NCBI RefSeq assembly: GCF_001194135.2
Contig: NC_069003.1
Coordinates: forward strand, 10,772,532 to 10,836,520
Direction: 5' to 3'
Source of the DNA: Octopus bimaculoides
Taxonomy: Eukaryota
DNA: 63,989 nt
Shown: positions 39,164 to 51,942 of the stretch, piece after piece
How positions within the stretch are numbered: position 1 is the first letter of the stretch
Layout: each line of letters opens with the position of its first letter
Notes under the pieces: generated by a model
Told to the model about the DNA's origin: nothing
Database searches by the model: none
The model's input: only the letters and a program-made list of their open reading frames with translations
Translations under genes and position numbers: made by a program

Positions 39164-42100
39164 CTGACAGGCTTCTTTCAGTTTCTGTCTACCAAATCCA
39201 CTTATAAGGATTTGGTTGACCTGCTGTTAAAGAAGATACTTACCTAAGGTGCCATGCAGTAGGACTGAACCTAAGTCCACGTGGCTGGGAAGCAAGCTTC
39301 TTGACCAAATACCCATATGTGCACCTCTTAGTATATTTATATATCGTAAATCCTCGAGTATAGTCCACCCTTGAGTATAATACGCAGGGGATTTTTAGGG
39401 GGCTGTACCTCTGATAAACCTAAACCTTGTGTATAATACGCACCCCTTCTCTAACTTGAGTCAAGGAGGAATATATAACGTCCTTGGTTTGTAAACATAT
39501 ATATGGTAACATCCTTTATTATTATTGTATATATAACATAATGCAGACATGTAGCTTTTTTGTGCACTTTGCAGAAAATAAAGAAATAACAGTAATAACG
39601 TCAGTGAAAAATAAATATTAAGTAAATTGCCTTTACATATTTATCACTTAGAAATTTTGACCTTTAAATTTAGGGAAAAAGTGCGGATTATACTCGAGGA
39701 TTTATGGTATATGTGTGTGTGTGTGTGTGTGTGTNNNNNNNNNNNNNNNNNNNNNNNNNNNNNNNNNNNNNNNNNNNNNNNNNNNNNNNNNNNNNNNNGT
39801 ATTGAGTATTTTTTTTTTTTTGTTTATAAGTTGTAATCTAAATATCTATATATATATATATATTTCTTTTTCTAGTGTCAGTGTGGATGAGTTAAAGAGT
39901 CACTCAGAGTTTGATATCGACAGTGATGGTACCGTATCAGACGATGAAGCAAAAGTAAGAATCATTTCCAAATATGACTTCCACCCTCATTCTCTTAAAC
40001 ACCTTCATATTCTTATTACCATCGTATAATTAATATATAGCGATTTATAAGATTTTTTTTAGAAGTTCCACATCACCGTCTGCCCATTTCTGTCAGCAAT
40101 GTATTCTTTGTTTAAAAATGGCAAGTTAAAACGTTTCTCATCTTTTAATTCCTATCTCTCATGCTGGCATTGTGATTGGTCAGTTTGACAGGATCTGTCA
40201 AAAGGGTTCCACCGTCACTGAAGTAACCCTTTTCATTATGCTCCAATGTCTGCTGCTTTGGTATGGTTTCTACATGGAGATGGCATGGGTGGCTATGTCT
40301 TCCTTCCCTCCCTCTCTCTCCCTCCTCTTCCTCCTCTCCCATGTCCAGTCTTCCTCTGTATGTCTGGTCTTTGTCTTCCATGGATCTTTTTCACTCTCAA
40401 AATACATATCATTTACATAATTTAAAACAGAAAACCATCCAAGGGGAAATAACTCAAAGTGGCTGGTGGCATGTATTTGAAGAACATAGACAAATGCATG
40501 TATATCAAATACCATACAACATAGTTTCTTGATTTATTCAAATTATCTCTGCCTCTATTACCAAATAGAAACCATGACCAGCTCCACTGCAGGAGGGGAG
40601 ATAATCACCGGAATCAAATATTCTCCAAAACTGACATGTCACTATGGAAAAAGAACAAGTTTGTCTAGAAAGAAGAGGACATTTGTGGACATGTTTCTGT
40701 CTCAATAGCCAACATCAGCACAACAGTTGTCCAACTTTATCTCCAGCAGCCAGGGGACTTGTACAAAATGTGCTAGAACACATGGTCTTGGTAATTTGTA
40801 TATATTAATCAAAAATGTTTTAAGAGAAATAAGCTAAGACGGTGAGCTGGCAGAAACGTTAGCGTGCCGGGCGAAATGCTTAGCGGTATTTCGTCTGTTA
40901 CATTCTGAGTTCAAATTCCGCCGAGGTCGACTTTACCTTTCATCCTTTTGGGGGTCGATAAATTAAGTACCAGTTATGCACTGGAGTCGATGTAACCGAC
41001 TTAATCCCTTTGTCTGTCCTTGTTTGTCCCCTCTATGTTTAGCCCTTTGTGGGCAATAAAGAAATAAGAAACGTTAGCATGCCGGGCGAAATTCTTAGCA
41101 GTATTTCGTCTGCCGTTACGTTCTGAGTTCAGATTCCACCAAGGTTGACTTTGCCTTTCATCCTTTTGGGGTCGATAAATTAAGTACCAGTGTTACGCAC
41201 TGGGGTCGATGTAATCGACTTAATCCCTTTGTCTGTCCTTGTTTGACCCCTCTATGTTTAGCCCCTTATGAGCAATAAAGAAAGAAGAAATAAGCTGAGT
41301 GGCCAGCGGCATGTATTTGAACAGCCTAAATAAATGCAGGTACATTAGATATCATCATTTAATGTTCACTCTTCATGATGGCATGGTTTGACATGGAGCT
41401 CGTTTGCCGGGAGCTGTCTAGACTCTGTCTGTTGTGGCATAGTTTTTATGGCTGGATACCCTTCCTAATGCCAACCACTTAGCAGTGTGTGCTGGGTGCT
41501 TTTTAAATGGCACTGGCACCAGGAAGGCCAAGCCTGTATAGCATAAATTCTTGACGTTTGTTATTATTGCTTATCCCAAATCAGTTTTAATCCAGCATAC
41601 CTGTGATTGGGTGGAGGCGCAATGGCCCAGTGGTTAGGGCAGCGGACTCGCGGTCATAGGATCGTGGTTTCGATTCCCAGACTGGGCGTTATGAGTGTTT
41701 ATTGAACGAAAACACCTAAAGCACCACGAGGCTCTGGCAGGGGATGGTGGCGAACCCTGCTGTACTCTTTCACCACTACTTTCTCTCGCTCTTACTTCCT
41801 GTTTCTGTTGTGCCTGTAATTCAAAGGGTCAGCCTTGTCACACTCTGTGTCACGCTGGATATCCCCGAGAACTACGTTAAGGGTACATGTGTGTCTGTGG
41901 AGTGCTCAACCACATGCACGTTAATTTCACGAGCAGGCTGTTCCGTTGATCGGATCAACTGGAACCCTCAACGTTGTAAGCGACGNNNNNNNNNNNNNNN
42001 NNNNNNNNNNNNNNNNNNNNNNNNNNNNNNNNNNNNNNNNNNNNNNNNNNNNNNNNNNNNNNNNNNNNNNNNNNNNNNNNNNNNNNNNNNNNNNNNNNNN

Positions 42101-43437
42101 NNNNNNNNNNNNNNNNNNNNNNNNNNNNNNNNNNNNNNNNTTTTTTTTTTTTTTTTTTTTTTAAGATTGTAGATCTGAGGAAGTTTGGCTGCTATTTTTA
42201 GCAGGTGAAGTGCTCATGTAGAAGTTCTTCCCTTTGTCGGCTTCAGTTACAGTTTTTTTTTTTTATGCCTGTCTAGGAATACATGGAAGAAGCCACTGAG
42301 GCAAGTTATGACCACTTCATTGAGAAAATGTGGCCCAACATCAAAGAGATTTATCGTAAACCCAAGAAACTCGAGGACGAGGTGAGCCAGCAAGAAGAGG
42401 AGACGACGACATCCCCACCTGTTCAAGTAACCCCATCACCACCTTTAGAACCCCCTCAAGATGATGACGATGGTGCTGATGAAGATAGTGATGAGGATGC
42501 TGATGAGGATGATGAAACAACGCCAGAAGAAGGTGTTGATGGACACGTTCAGGTAAGCTTTCTGCACTAGCACCATTCCCCCCTCCCATGTAAGATATGC
42601 GCATAAATTATGCAACAAGTGCACACAAATTGCCATACACTTGCATACCAATGAAAATACTCCTAAAAAAAAACCGATTAAATAAAAAAAAAAAACTTGT
42701 TCATTTTTTTTACTTATTTTTTTATTGGGTTGTGACCAAACTGGTGCACTACCTTTTTATGGTTATGTTAATTACATTCACCTTAATATTTACTTTACAG
42801 AGTTCAGAAAAAATGGAATACAAAGCAAACCAGGGTGGGATTTGAATTCAGAATAGAAATGCAGATATATATACACAAGAAAATACATCATCATTTAACG
42901 TCCATTGTCCATGCTAGCATGGGATGTTTGCGGGTCTCCTAGAACATTCATCAATATTGACACTTTTCGGCCATCTTGGAAACTTCTGAAACACTCGTAC
43001 GCTTGTGTGTGACTCTTAAACTCCCCTCCACACCCTTTCTGCAACTTTGCATTGGCCTCTGAGCAGGTACTGCCATGACAACTTTCTCTGTCATGGTCAA
43101 TGCGACGATCACATGCTACACACTTTCCTTCCAAGCACTGCCATAAACAGCAGAAGTGAACTAGAACAATAAAACTTAATGTGCATGCACAGCAGAGTTC
43201 AAGGTCAATCTTTGCCACGCAGCTTCACTCTGCGAGGTTTAGCTTCGTTACTATGGCAACAGTCTGGATACATTTTGATCATACCTTGTATATGTAATCT
43301 TTTTACTTGTTTGTCATTTGACTGTGACCATGCTGGGGCACTGCCTTGAAGGGTTTTGGTCTCTTTTGCTGAACCACTAAATTATAGGAGTATAAACACA
43401 CCAACACCAGTTGTCAAGGGATCATGGGTAGGGGAGT

Positions 43438-43474
<37 letters not shown>

Positions 43475-45111
43475 TTACGACAGGCTTCTTTCAGTTTCTG
43501 TCTACCAAATCCACTCACAAGACTTTGGTCAACCTGAGGCTATAGTAAGACGCTTGTCCAAGGTGCCATGCAGTGGGACTGAACCCTGAACCATGTGGTT
43601 GGGAAGTAAGTCATTGGATTGCAGCCATGCTGGGACACTGCATTGAAGGAGTTAGTTGAAGAAATCGGCCCTAGTATTTTTTTCTTTTTCTTAGATCTGC
43701 TACTAATTCTGCCAGTTTCTTTTGCTGGACTGCTAAATTACAGAGGAGTAATCAAACCAACACCAGTTGCCAAGTGGTGCCAAGAACAGAAGCACTCCAA
43801 AACAAATATTGGAGATTGATGCAGTTCTCTGATCTGTCAGATTATCAAACCATCTGAACCAATGCCAGCATGGAATTGGATGCTAAATGATGGTGATGAA
43901 TTTAGCTGTCTACCTTTATGTTCAGAATTCAAATCCCATAAGGAACCATGTTACCTGTCTTGCTTTTTGTGGTTGATAAAACATGTGCCAGTTTTGTACT
44001 GGGGTTCATCAAATTAAACATTCTTATTTTCTATATTTCAGGCTTTGCATCTACATAAACTAATAATTAGAAAGCATGCTGCATGGGAGATCCCTTTCTC
44101 TCTGTCTCTCTCTGTCTCTGTCTCTCTCTGTCTCTGTCTCTCTCTCTCTCTCTCTGTCTCTGGTTGCTTCCTTTTTTTTCTTTCTTGGCAATAACAGGTG
44201 ACAAAAGGTTGCTGGATTTCATTATTCATTTTGGCATTGTTGCTCACTATTAAAAAAAAAATCTATCTTTGGTGTGGAGTTTTTTTTTAAGTACCTTAAT
44301 TAATGTTAATTAATGTTTCAGCACGTTGTCCTTTTGACAAAAGAAAATAAATTGTAAAAATTAATATTTTATAAATTTAAAATTTTTATAATTTATAGAA
44401 AGGACATAAGCATAAAAATGGCTAATTAACTTCTTCCATCTCTTTGCATACATTCAGCAAAAATGTTGTTAACTCTCAATCATAAAAGGGTTAATTTTCC
44501 ATCACTTTGAGACCAATTAACTTAATTACATTCATAAGGGGTTAATTTTCCATTACTTTGAGATCAATTAACTTAATTACAAGTGAATATGGGTGAGAGA
44601 TGAATAAGTCATATAATTTTTTTTTTCTCAACCCCAAAACTACATCTTTATCACAAATCTATAATAAAATTGACCAAGGTTGATTTTATTATAGATGGAG
44701 GAGTCATACTTTCAACATATTATTAGAATGGGTCTTCAAACTTCATTTACAAACATTATTATTGTCACTGCTTTACTGCAAAGCCCTTATGTTGGGTGTT
44801 GTATGGATGAGTCATATAAATAATCTCACCTCCCAAGCTAGTGTGCCAGGCAAAATGCTTAGTGACATTCTATCTGTATCTACGTTCTGAGTTCAAATTC
44901 CACCAAGGTCAACTTTGCCTTTCCTTTCAGGGTCGATAAAATAAGTACCAGTTGAACACTGGGGTGGGGTGCGGGGTCGATGTAATCGACTTATCCCCTC
45001 CCATAAACTTGCTGGCCTTGTGCCACAAATTGAAATCATTATTACTGTTCTGCTACGAACCCGAGGCTTACAGATGAACAAGTTAGATAAATAATTTCAA
45101 CTTCTAAGTTA

Positions 45112-45142
<31 letters not shown>

Positions 45143-48100
45143 GTGGCATTTTGTCTACCTTTATGTTCTGAGTTCAAATTCCTGCAAGGCCAACTTTGCC
45201 TTTCATCCATTTGGAATTGATAAAATAAGTACCAGTTGAATACTGGTATGCATGGGTGACTACTGTTCTTCCATAAACAACTTTGCCCAGACTTGTGCCT
45301 TGGAGGGTAACTTTCTAGGTGCATTCCCATGGTCATTCATGACTGTTTTTGGCAAACCTGAGCGGGGGTATCTTTTTCTTATCAGCCCCTGTTCTTGCCT
45401 TGAGCTACTTTAAGTGTGAACTGGGTGGGACTGGTTAGTTTTGGTGTTAGCTAAGTTGACCAGTCAAGCAGTGTACCAAGCCAAGTGGCTACAAGTTGAA
45501 CACTTGTTGCAAGTTTTGAACTTATGACCATGCAGTAAGTAGACTCAACACATTTGTCCACACAGGCACTGTAGTCAGTATTGTCCACACAACCATTGTG
45601 TGTAATACATGTCATTAGTACATTGGTGTACACAGTTGCTGTGGTCAGTATATTCATTCCAACAACTACCATGTTCAATAATTAATTCCCTGTTTTCCTT
45701 ATTCAAAAAGACAGTGTCTTTGTGTGATTTGAGAGAAATTTGGCTGCTATTTCTAACAGCTGGAGTGACCACATTGAGGTTCCTTCATTTGCCCCACATT
45801 TTTTGAGCTTACATTGCCTTTATTGTTTAAAATAGGGAGGGGTTGTTGATATTCTGTCTAAAACTATGGAGACCATACAGTTTAAACAACGATATGGTCT
45901 CTGTATGGCTTTCTGTAGATATAGATTCTTTTGTGACAAAGAATTGGGTCAAGAGGTTAGTTTGTTTTTCTTTACAGCTGGATGTATCTTTTAACACTCA
46001 ACTAGTTTCACTGCATATCAATGCTCAACTCTGTCTTTTAATGCTTAGCTCAACCCCCTAACACTCGGTTTGACCCCCTAACACTCGGTTTGACCCCCTA
46101 ACACTCGGTTTGACCCCCTAACACTCGGTTNNNNNNNNNNNNNNNNNNNNNNNNNNNNNNNNNNNNNNNNNNNNNNNNNNNNNNNNNNNNNNNNNNNNNN
46201 NNNNNNNNNNNNNNNNNNNNNNNNNNNNNNNNNNNNNGGACCCCCTAACACTCGGCTCGACCCCCTAACACTCGGCTCGACCCCCTAACACTCGGCTCGA
46301 CCTCCTAACACTCGGCTCGACCTCCTAACACTCGGCTTGACCTCTCGCTGCTTGGCTCCGCTCCTCGGCTCAGCTCGGCTCAGCCTCTTGACACTCAATT
46401 TGAGCATCAGTTCAATTTGATCTGTTAATGCTCAACTTGATGTTGGATATTGATATTTTTGAGTTTCATTTTGACTGTCACTGTCTACCTTGACACAAGG
46501 TAAACAGTGACCTCACGGCCTCCCCCTCCTGTCTTGAGGATCCTGTCTCGTGGCCTCCCCCTCCTGTCTCGAGGATCCTATCTCACGGCCTCCCCTCTTG
46601 TCCTGCAGCTTCCTCCTCCTGTCTCTCGACCAATCCTCTCACCTCACAACTGACTCTCCCTTCTCACCTCATGATTACCCCTCCCCCTTGCTTCACGATA
46701 CTTCTCAAAATGCAAACCTCAGAGTTAATTGCATGAAATCAATGTAAGAGATAAACGATCACTTCGTAAAACTTCAACCACCACCTCCAAGACAGCATTG
46801 TACTTCAGTAATGTTTGTGTGAATGTTTATTTGTGCATCCCATAAACCTGTTAGTTTGCATGTGTTGATGTTTGCATGTCATGCATGTATCCTACAATCA
46901 TATTCTCTATGCTTTTCCTTTATTTGTGATACTTTTAAATTAATTCATCCTTCCAATTAGGGTTACTAATTTAGATAGTTTCAACCTGGACGAAGTGTAT
47001 TTTGACACAACATAGTTAACGAAAATCGTTCCCTACACTCCAGTAGATAGTGTAAATTTAATTAATTTTGAAAATAATGTCGTGTATTCGTATTAGTTCT
47101 TTTTTGTTATGAGTAGTTTTATGATTTTAGTTGGATAACACAACTGTGGTGTGATAAGAAGTTTGCTTACCAGCCACATAGTTTTGGATTCAGTCCCATT
47201 GCGTGGTACCTTGGGCAAGTGTCTTTCACTATAATCCTAGGTTGACCAATTATTTGCAAGTGAATTTGTGGATAGAAACTGGAAGAAGCCTGCAGTGTGT
47301 ATGTATGTATGTGTGTAAAGGAAAATAACTAGTACTTTGTAAGTTACATCAGCAAGGGTTCCAGTTGCTCCAATCAACAGAACAGCCTGCTCATGAAATT
47401 AATGTGCATGTGGCTGAGCACTTCACAGACTTGTGTACCCTTTGTGTAGTTCTCAAGGGGATTCAGCATGACACAGAATGTGTCAAGACTGGCCCCTTAA
47501 ATTACCGGTACAACTCATTTTTGCCAGCTGAGTGGACTGGAGCTGTGTAAAATAAAGTGTCTTGCTCAAGGACATAACATGCTGCAGGGTATCGAACTCA
47601 TAACCTTATGATCACTAACCAAATCCCCTAACCACTTGGCTACATGCCCACACATCTATGTGTGCATGCATGAATGTCCATGTGTGTCTCTCTCTTTACA
47701 TTTGTTCTCTATAAATTGCTACATACGATATTGGTGTCACCTCTCCTGTCAACAAATCATCCGTTAACTCTGCACTTTCAAAGACCCATGTAATAACAGG
47801 CCCCTCACATGAAAACAAGTAGTGGCAAGAAGGGTGCCTAGCTGTAAAACAATACTTCAGTAATATGAAGTGGTATCAAAAAGTTCTCACACAAGTTGTG
47901 TTTGATAAAAAAAAAACCCCAAAAAAAACCTATTTACCTCAGTTTTAACATCGTCTCCTATGAAATAGTTACCTTGTGTGGCAATACACTGGTCTCAGCA
48001 TTCTTGCCACTTTTGGAATCCGGCCTGGAAGTCGTTTTCTGTGGGTGAGTAGAGGACATTCTGCAATTCGCTCTGGATCTTGACAAGTGTTAAAACAATG

Positions 48101-48775
48101 ACCTTTTAACTGCATTTTCATCTTGGGGGAAGAGATGAAAGTCCACAGGTGCTAAATCTGGCAAATAGAGCAGGTGCGGAATCAATANNNNNNNNNNNNN
48201 NNNNNNNNNNNNNNNNNNNNNNNNNNNNNNNNNNNNNNNNNNNNNNNNNNNNNNNNNNNNNNNNNNNNNNNNNNNNNNNNNNNNNNNNNNNNNNNNNNNN
48301 NNNNNNNNNNNNNNNNNNNNNNNNNNNNNNNNNNNNNNNNNNNNNNNNNNNNNNNNNNNNNNNNNNNNNNNNNNNNNNNNNNNNNNNNNNNNNNNNNNNN
48401 NNNNNNNNNNNNNNNNNNNNNNNNNNNNNNNNNNNNNNNNNNNNNNNNNNNNNNNNNNNNNNNNNNNNNNNNNNNNNNNNNNNNNNNNNNNNNNNNNNNN
48501 NNNNNNNNNNNNNNNNNNNNNNNNNNNNNNNNNNNNNNNNNNNNNNNNNNNNNNNNNNNNNNNNNNNNNNNNNNNNNNNNNNNNNNNNNNNNNNNNNNNN
48601 NNNNNNNNNNNNNNNNNNNNNNNNNNNNNNNNNNNNNNNNNNNNNNNNNNNNNNNNNNNNNNNNNNNNNNNNNNNNNNNNNNNNNNNNNNNNNNNNNNNN
48701 NNNNNNNNNNNNNNNNNNNNNNNNNNNNNNNNNNNNGGTTAACCCCAAGATTCAGAGTTCGATTCCAGACAGTGG

Positions 48776-48813
<38 letters not shown>

Positions 48814-51800
48814 TCGAAAAATACCTTAGGAATGAGAACCCAGGTTCGAAATTTCCCAAAGACACCTGATGAAGGTTGGAGGGTATATCAGCCGAAATGT
48901 TGTGTTAACAACAAACAAGATGAGGACAAATATCTGTCATATGTAAATAATGTCCCATAATTCCTCATCTCTTAAATATAGAACTGTATTACAGAACTAG
49001 TTCAGGAACTTTTTGATACTACCTCCTATATTTGTCTAACCCATGGAAGCATGTGAAAACAGATGTAAAACGATCTAACAAGTAGCCAACCTAATCACAC
49101 AGCATGGCAAAATGAAGGTCAAATTCAAATTACTTCTGTATTCGTACATTTGAGATGTGGAGACTAAGTTAACTTGATAGTGGGGGTACTTTCTGTAGTT
49201 TTCGATGGTGGGGGGGGGTACTTTCTGCAATTCGATGGTGGGGGGTACTTCTGCAATTCTCCATGTTTCATACAATGTATCTTTCTCTTTTTGCTTGATT
49301 CATTCATTTGACTGTGGCCATGCTGGTGCACTACTTTGAAGGGCTTTTTTAGTCAAATCTACCTCAGAACTTACTTTTTTTAAGCCTTGTACTTATTCTA
49401 TTGTTCTGTTTTGCTGAACTAAGTTACAGGGACATAAACACACCAACACCAGTTGTCAAGTGGTGGTGGAGGACAAACAAAAACACATATATTGATTTAT
49501 ACATATATACGATGGGCTTCTTTCAGTTTCCATCTACCAAATTCACTCACAAGGCTTTGGTTGGCCTTAGGCTATAGTAGAAGACACTTGCCCAAGGTGT
49601 CATGTGGTGGGACTGAACCTGGAACCATTTGGTTGCAAAGTAAGCTTCTTACCACATAGCCATGGCCAATGAAAAGAGATTGTGAGAACTGATTTGCATA
49701 TGATTAGTATGCATTAGTTAAACTGTCCAACCCATGCTAGCATGGAAAACTGACATTAAATGACAATGATATACTCTTTACTCTTTTACTTGTTTCAGTC
49801 ATTTGACTGCGGCCATGCTGGAGCACCGCCTTTAGTCGAGCAAATCGACCCCAGGACTTATTCTTTGTAAGCCTAGTACTTATTCTATCGGTCTATTTTG
49901 CTGAACTGCTAAGTTACAGACGTAAACACACCAGCATCAGTTGTCAAGCGATGTTGCAGGGGACAAACACAGACACACAAACACACATATATATACATAC
50001 ATATGATGGGCTTCTTTCAGTTTCCATCTACCAAATCCACTCACAAGGCTTTGGTTGGCCCGAGGCTATAGTCGAAGACACTTGCCCATAGTGCCATGCA
50101 GTGGGACTGAACCCAGAACCATGTGGTTGGTAAGCAAGCTACTTACCACACAGCCACTGCTGCACCTATATATTCGTTATTAGTGACAGAAGCAGCATTA
50201 GTTCAAAATAGCATTCTGTATATGTTAATGTGGATATACTGTAAAAAGCCAAAAAACTGTAGCATTTGTTTCAAGAAAATATCTCATATGGATGTATAGT
50301 GCTAAAAAGCACAGAAGCATAGCAGCAGCAGACAAAGAAGCATCTTTGGGCATCACCAGTAGCAAGTGTCTGCTATCAACTGTATGGTTAGATACATTTA
50401 GTCTCTATTGATATATAGAAAAGTAGTGATTAACGAATCTCTAATGTTGCTATTAGCCGGCAGGCTGAGCATAAATTCATTATCAATAATAGATGCAGTA
50501 TTAGTTCAAAATAGCATTCTGTATATCTTACTTATTGTGAATATACTGCAGAAAGCCAGAAAACTGCAGTTTTTGTCTCAGGAAAGCATCTCCAATACAT
50601 CTATAGTGGTAAAAAGCATGGAAACACTCGCACACACATGCATGGCACGTCTTTCAGTTTCTGTATATGAAATCCACTTAGAAAGCTATGGTCAACCTGA
50701 GGCTGAAGTAGAAGACACTTGCCCAAGGTACTATGATGTGGGAGCTGAACCCCTGGTCATGTAGTTAGGGAGTAAACTCAACCACTCACTGAATGAACAA
50801 AATATTTTTGTTTTGTAAATTTTTCCCAACTTTTTGTCTTGTTTTTATTTATTCATCTATTTTGTTATAAACCACTTTCTAATGGTTCCGCGTTGTTCCC
50901 CAACCATTGTAGGCCCCATCTCCCCCTGGCTCCCATTTCGGGGACCTCGATGATGAGGATGACGAGGAAGAAGAGAAATCAGATCCTGATTATGATCGAG
51001 ATTTTGAAGAAACTGTTGTAAGTAGTCTTTTGCAATCAGCTGTGTGGGGTGGATGGGTGGTGGGGACGACTGTCAGCCTTGTCTTTCAATTCCTCCACCA
51101 CACAAGCCATCATTTTACAGCATAAGGGTTGGCTCAGCATCTTTGTGGTCACTCGACCTTCAAGAAATAGCTGCCAAATCTCTTAAATCACACCTCACGG
51201 ATTCTGTCTTATTTTGTTCAGCCACTGGGCTAAATCCATTTGGAGTACAGGCCAATGGATTCTAGGTTATAGTTGATTACATTCATCCCTAATATCTTTT
51301 TATTTTATCTTCTTTCCCTCTTTTTACTGGATTTCAACTCGCAACACAAAAGTGCTTAAACTAAATACCACAAGGTATTTTGTTTCAGTCCCCACACCCA
51401 CACACCTACCCATTAACACACAAGCACGCGTCCATAAGGTTTCCACACAGTTTCCATCAACCGTATTCCATCGCAAGGCTTTGATCAGCTCAAGGCTGTA
51501 GTGGAAGAACTTGTCCAAGGTACCATGCTATAGGATTCAGCAAAGCAACATCCGATTTCAAAGCAATCATATTCTTCCATATGCATAAATGTGCATGTGC
51601 ACGTCTGTTTGTGTGTGCATGTGTGCACATGCATCTGATCAGATCAACTGGAACACTTGTGTGTATGTGTGTGTGTGCATCATCATCATCATTTAGCGTT
51701 TGCTTTCCATGCTGGCATGGGTTAGACGGTTTGACTGGAACTGGTAAGCCGGAGAGCTGCACCAGGTTCCTGTCTGATTTAGCATGGCTTCTATGGCTGG

Positions 51801-51901
51801 ATGCCCTTCCTAAACCAACTACTCCAAGTGCGCAATGGGTGCTTTTTATGTGCCACTGGCATGGGTGCCATTTACGTGACACTGACAATGGTAATGACTG
51901 C

Positions 51902-51942
<41 letters not shown>

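Noticed and set aside
45451-45700. Cys-rich minus-strand frames resembling a zinc-binding transposase C-terminus
   Set aside because: Interrupted by stops and too vague to assign.
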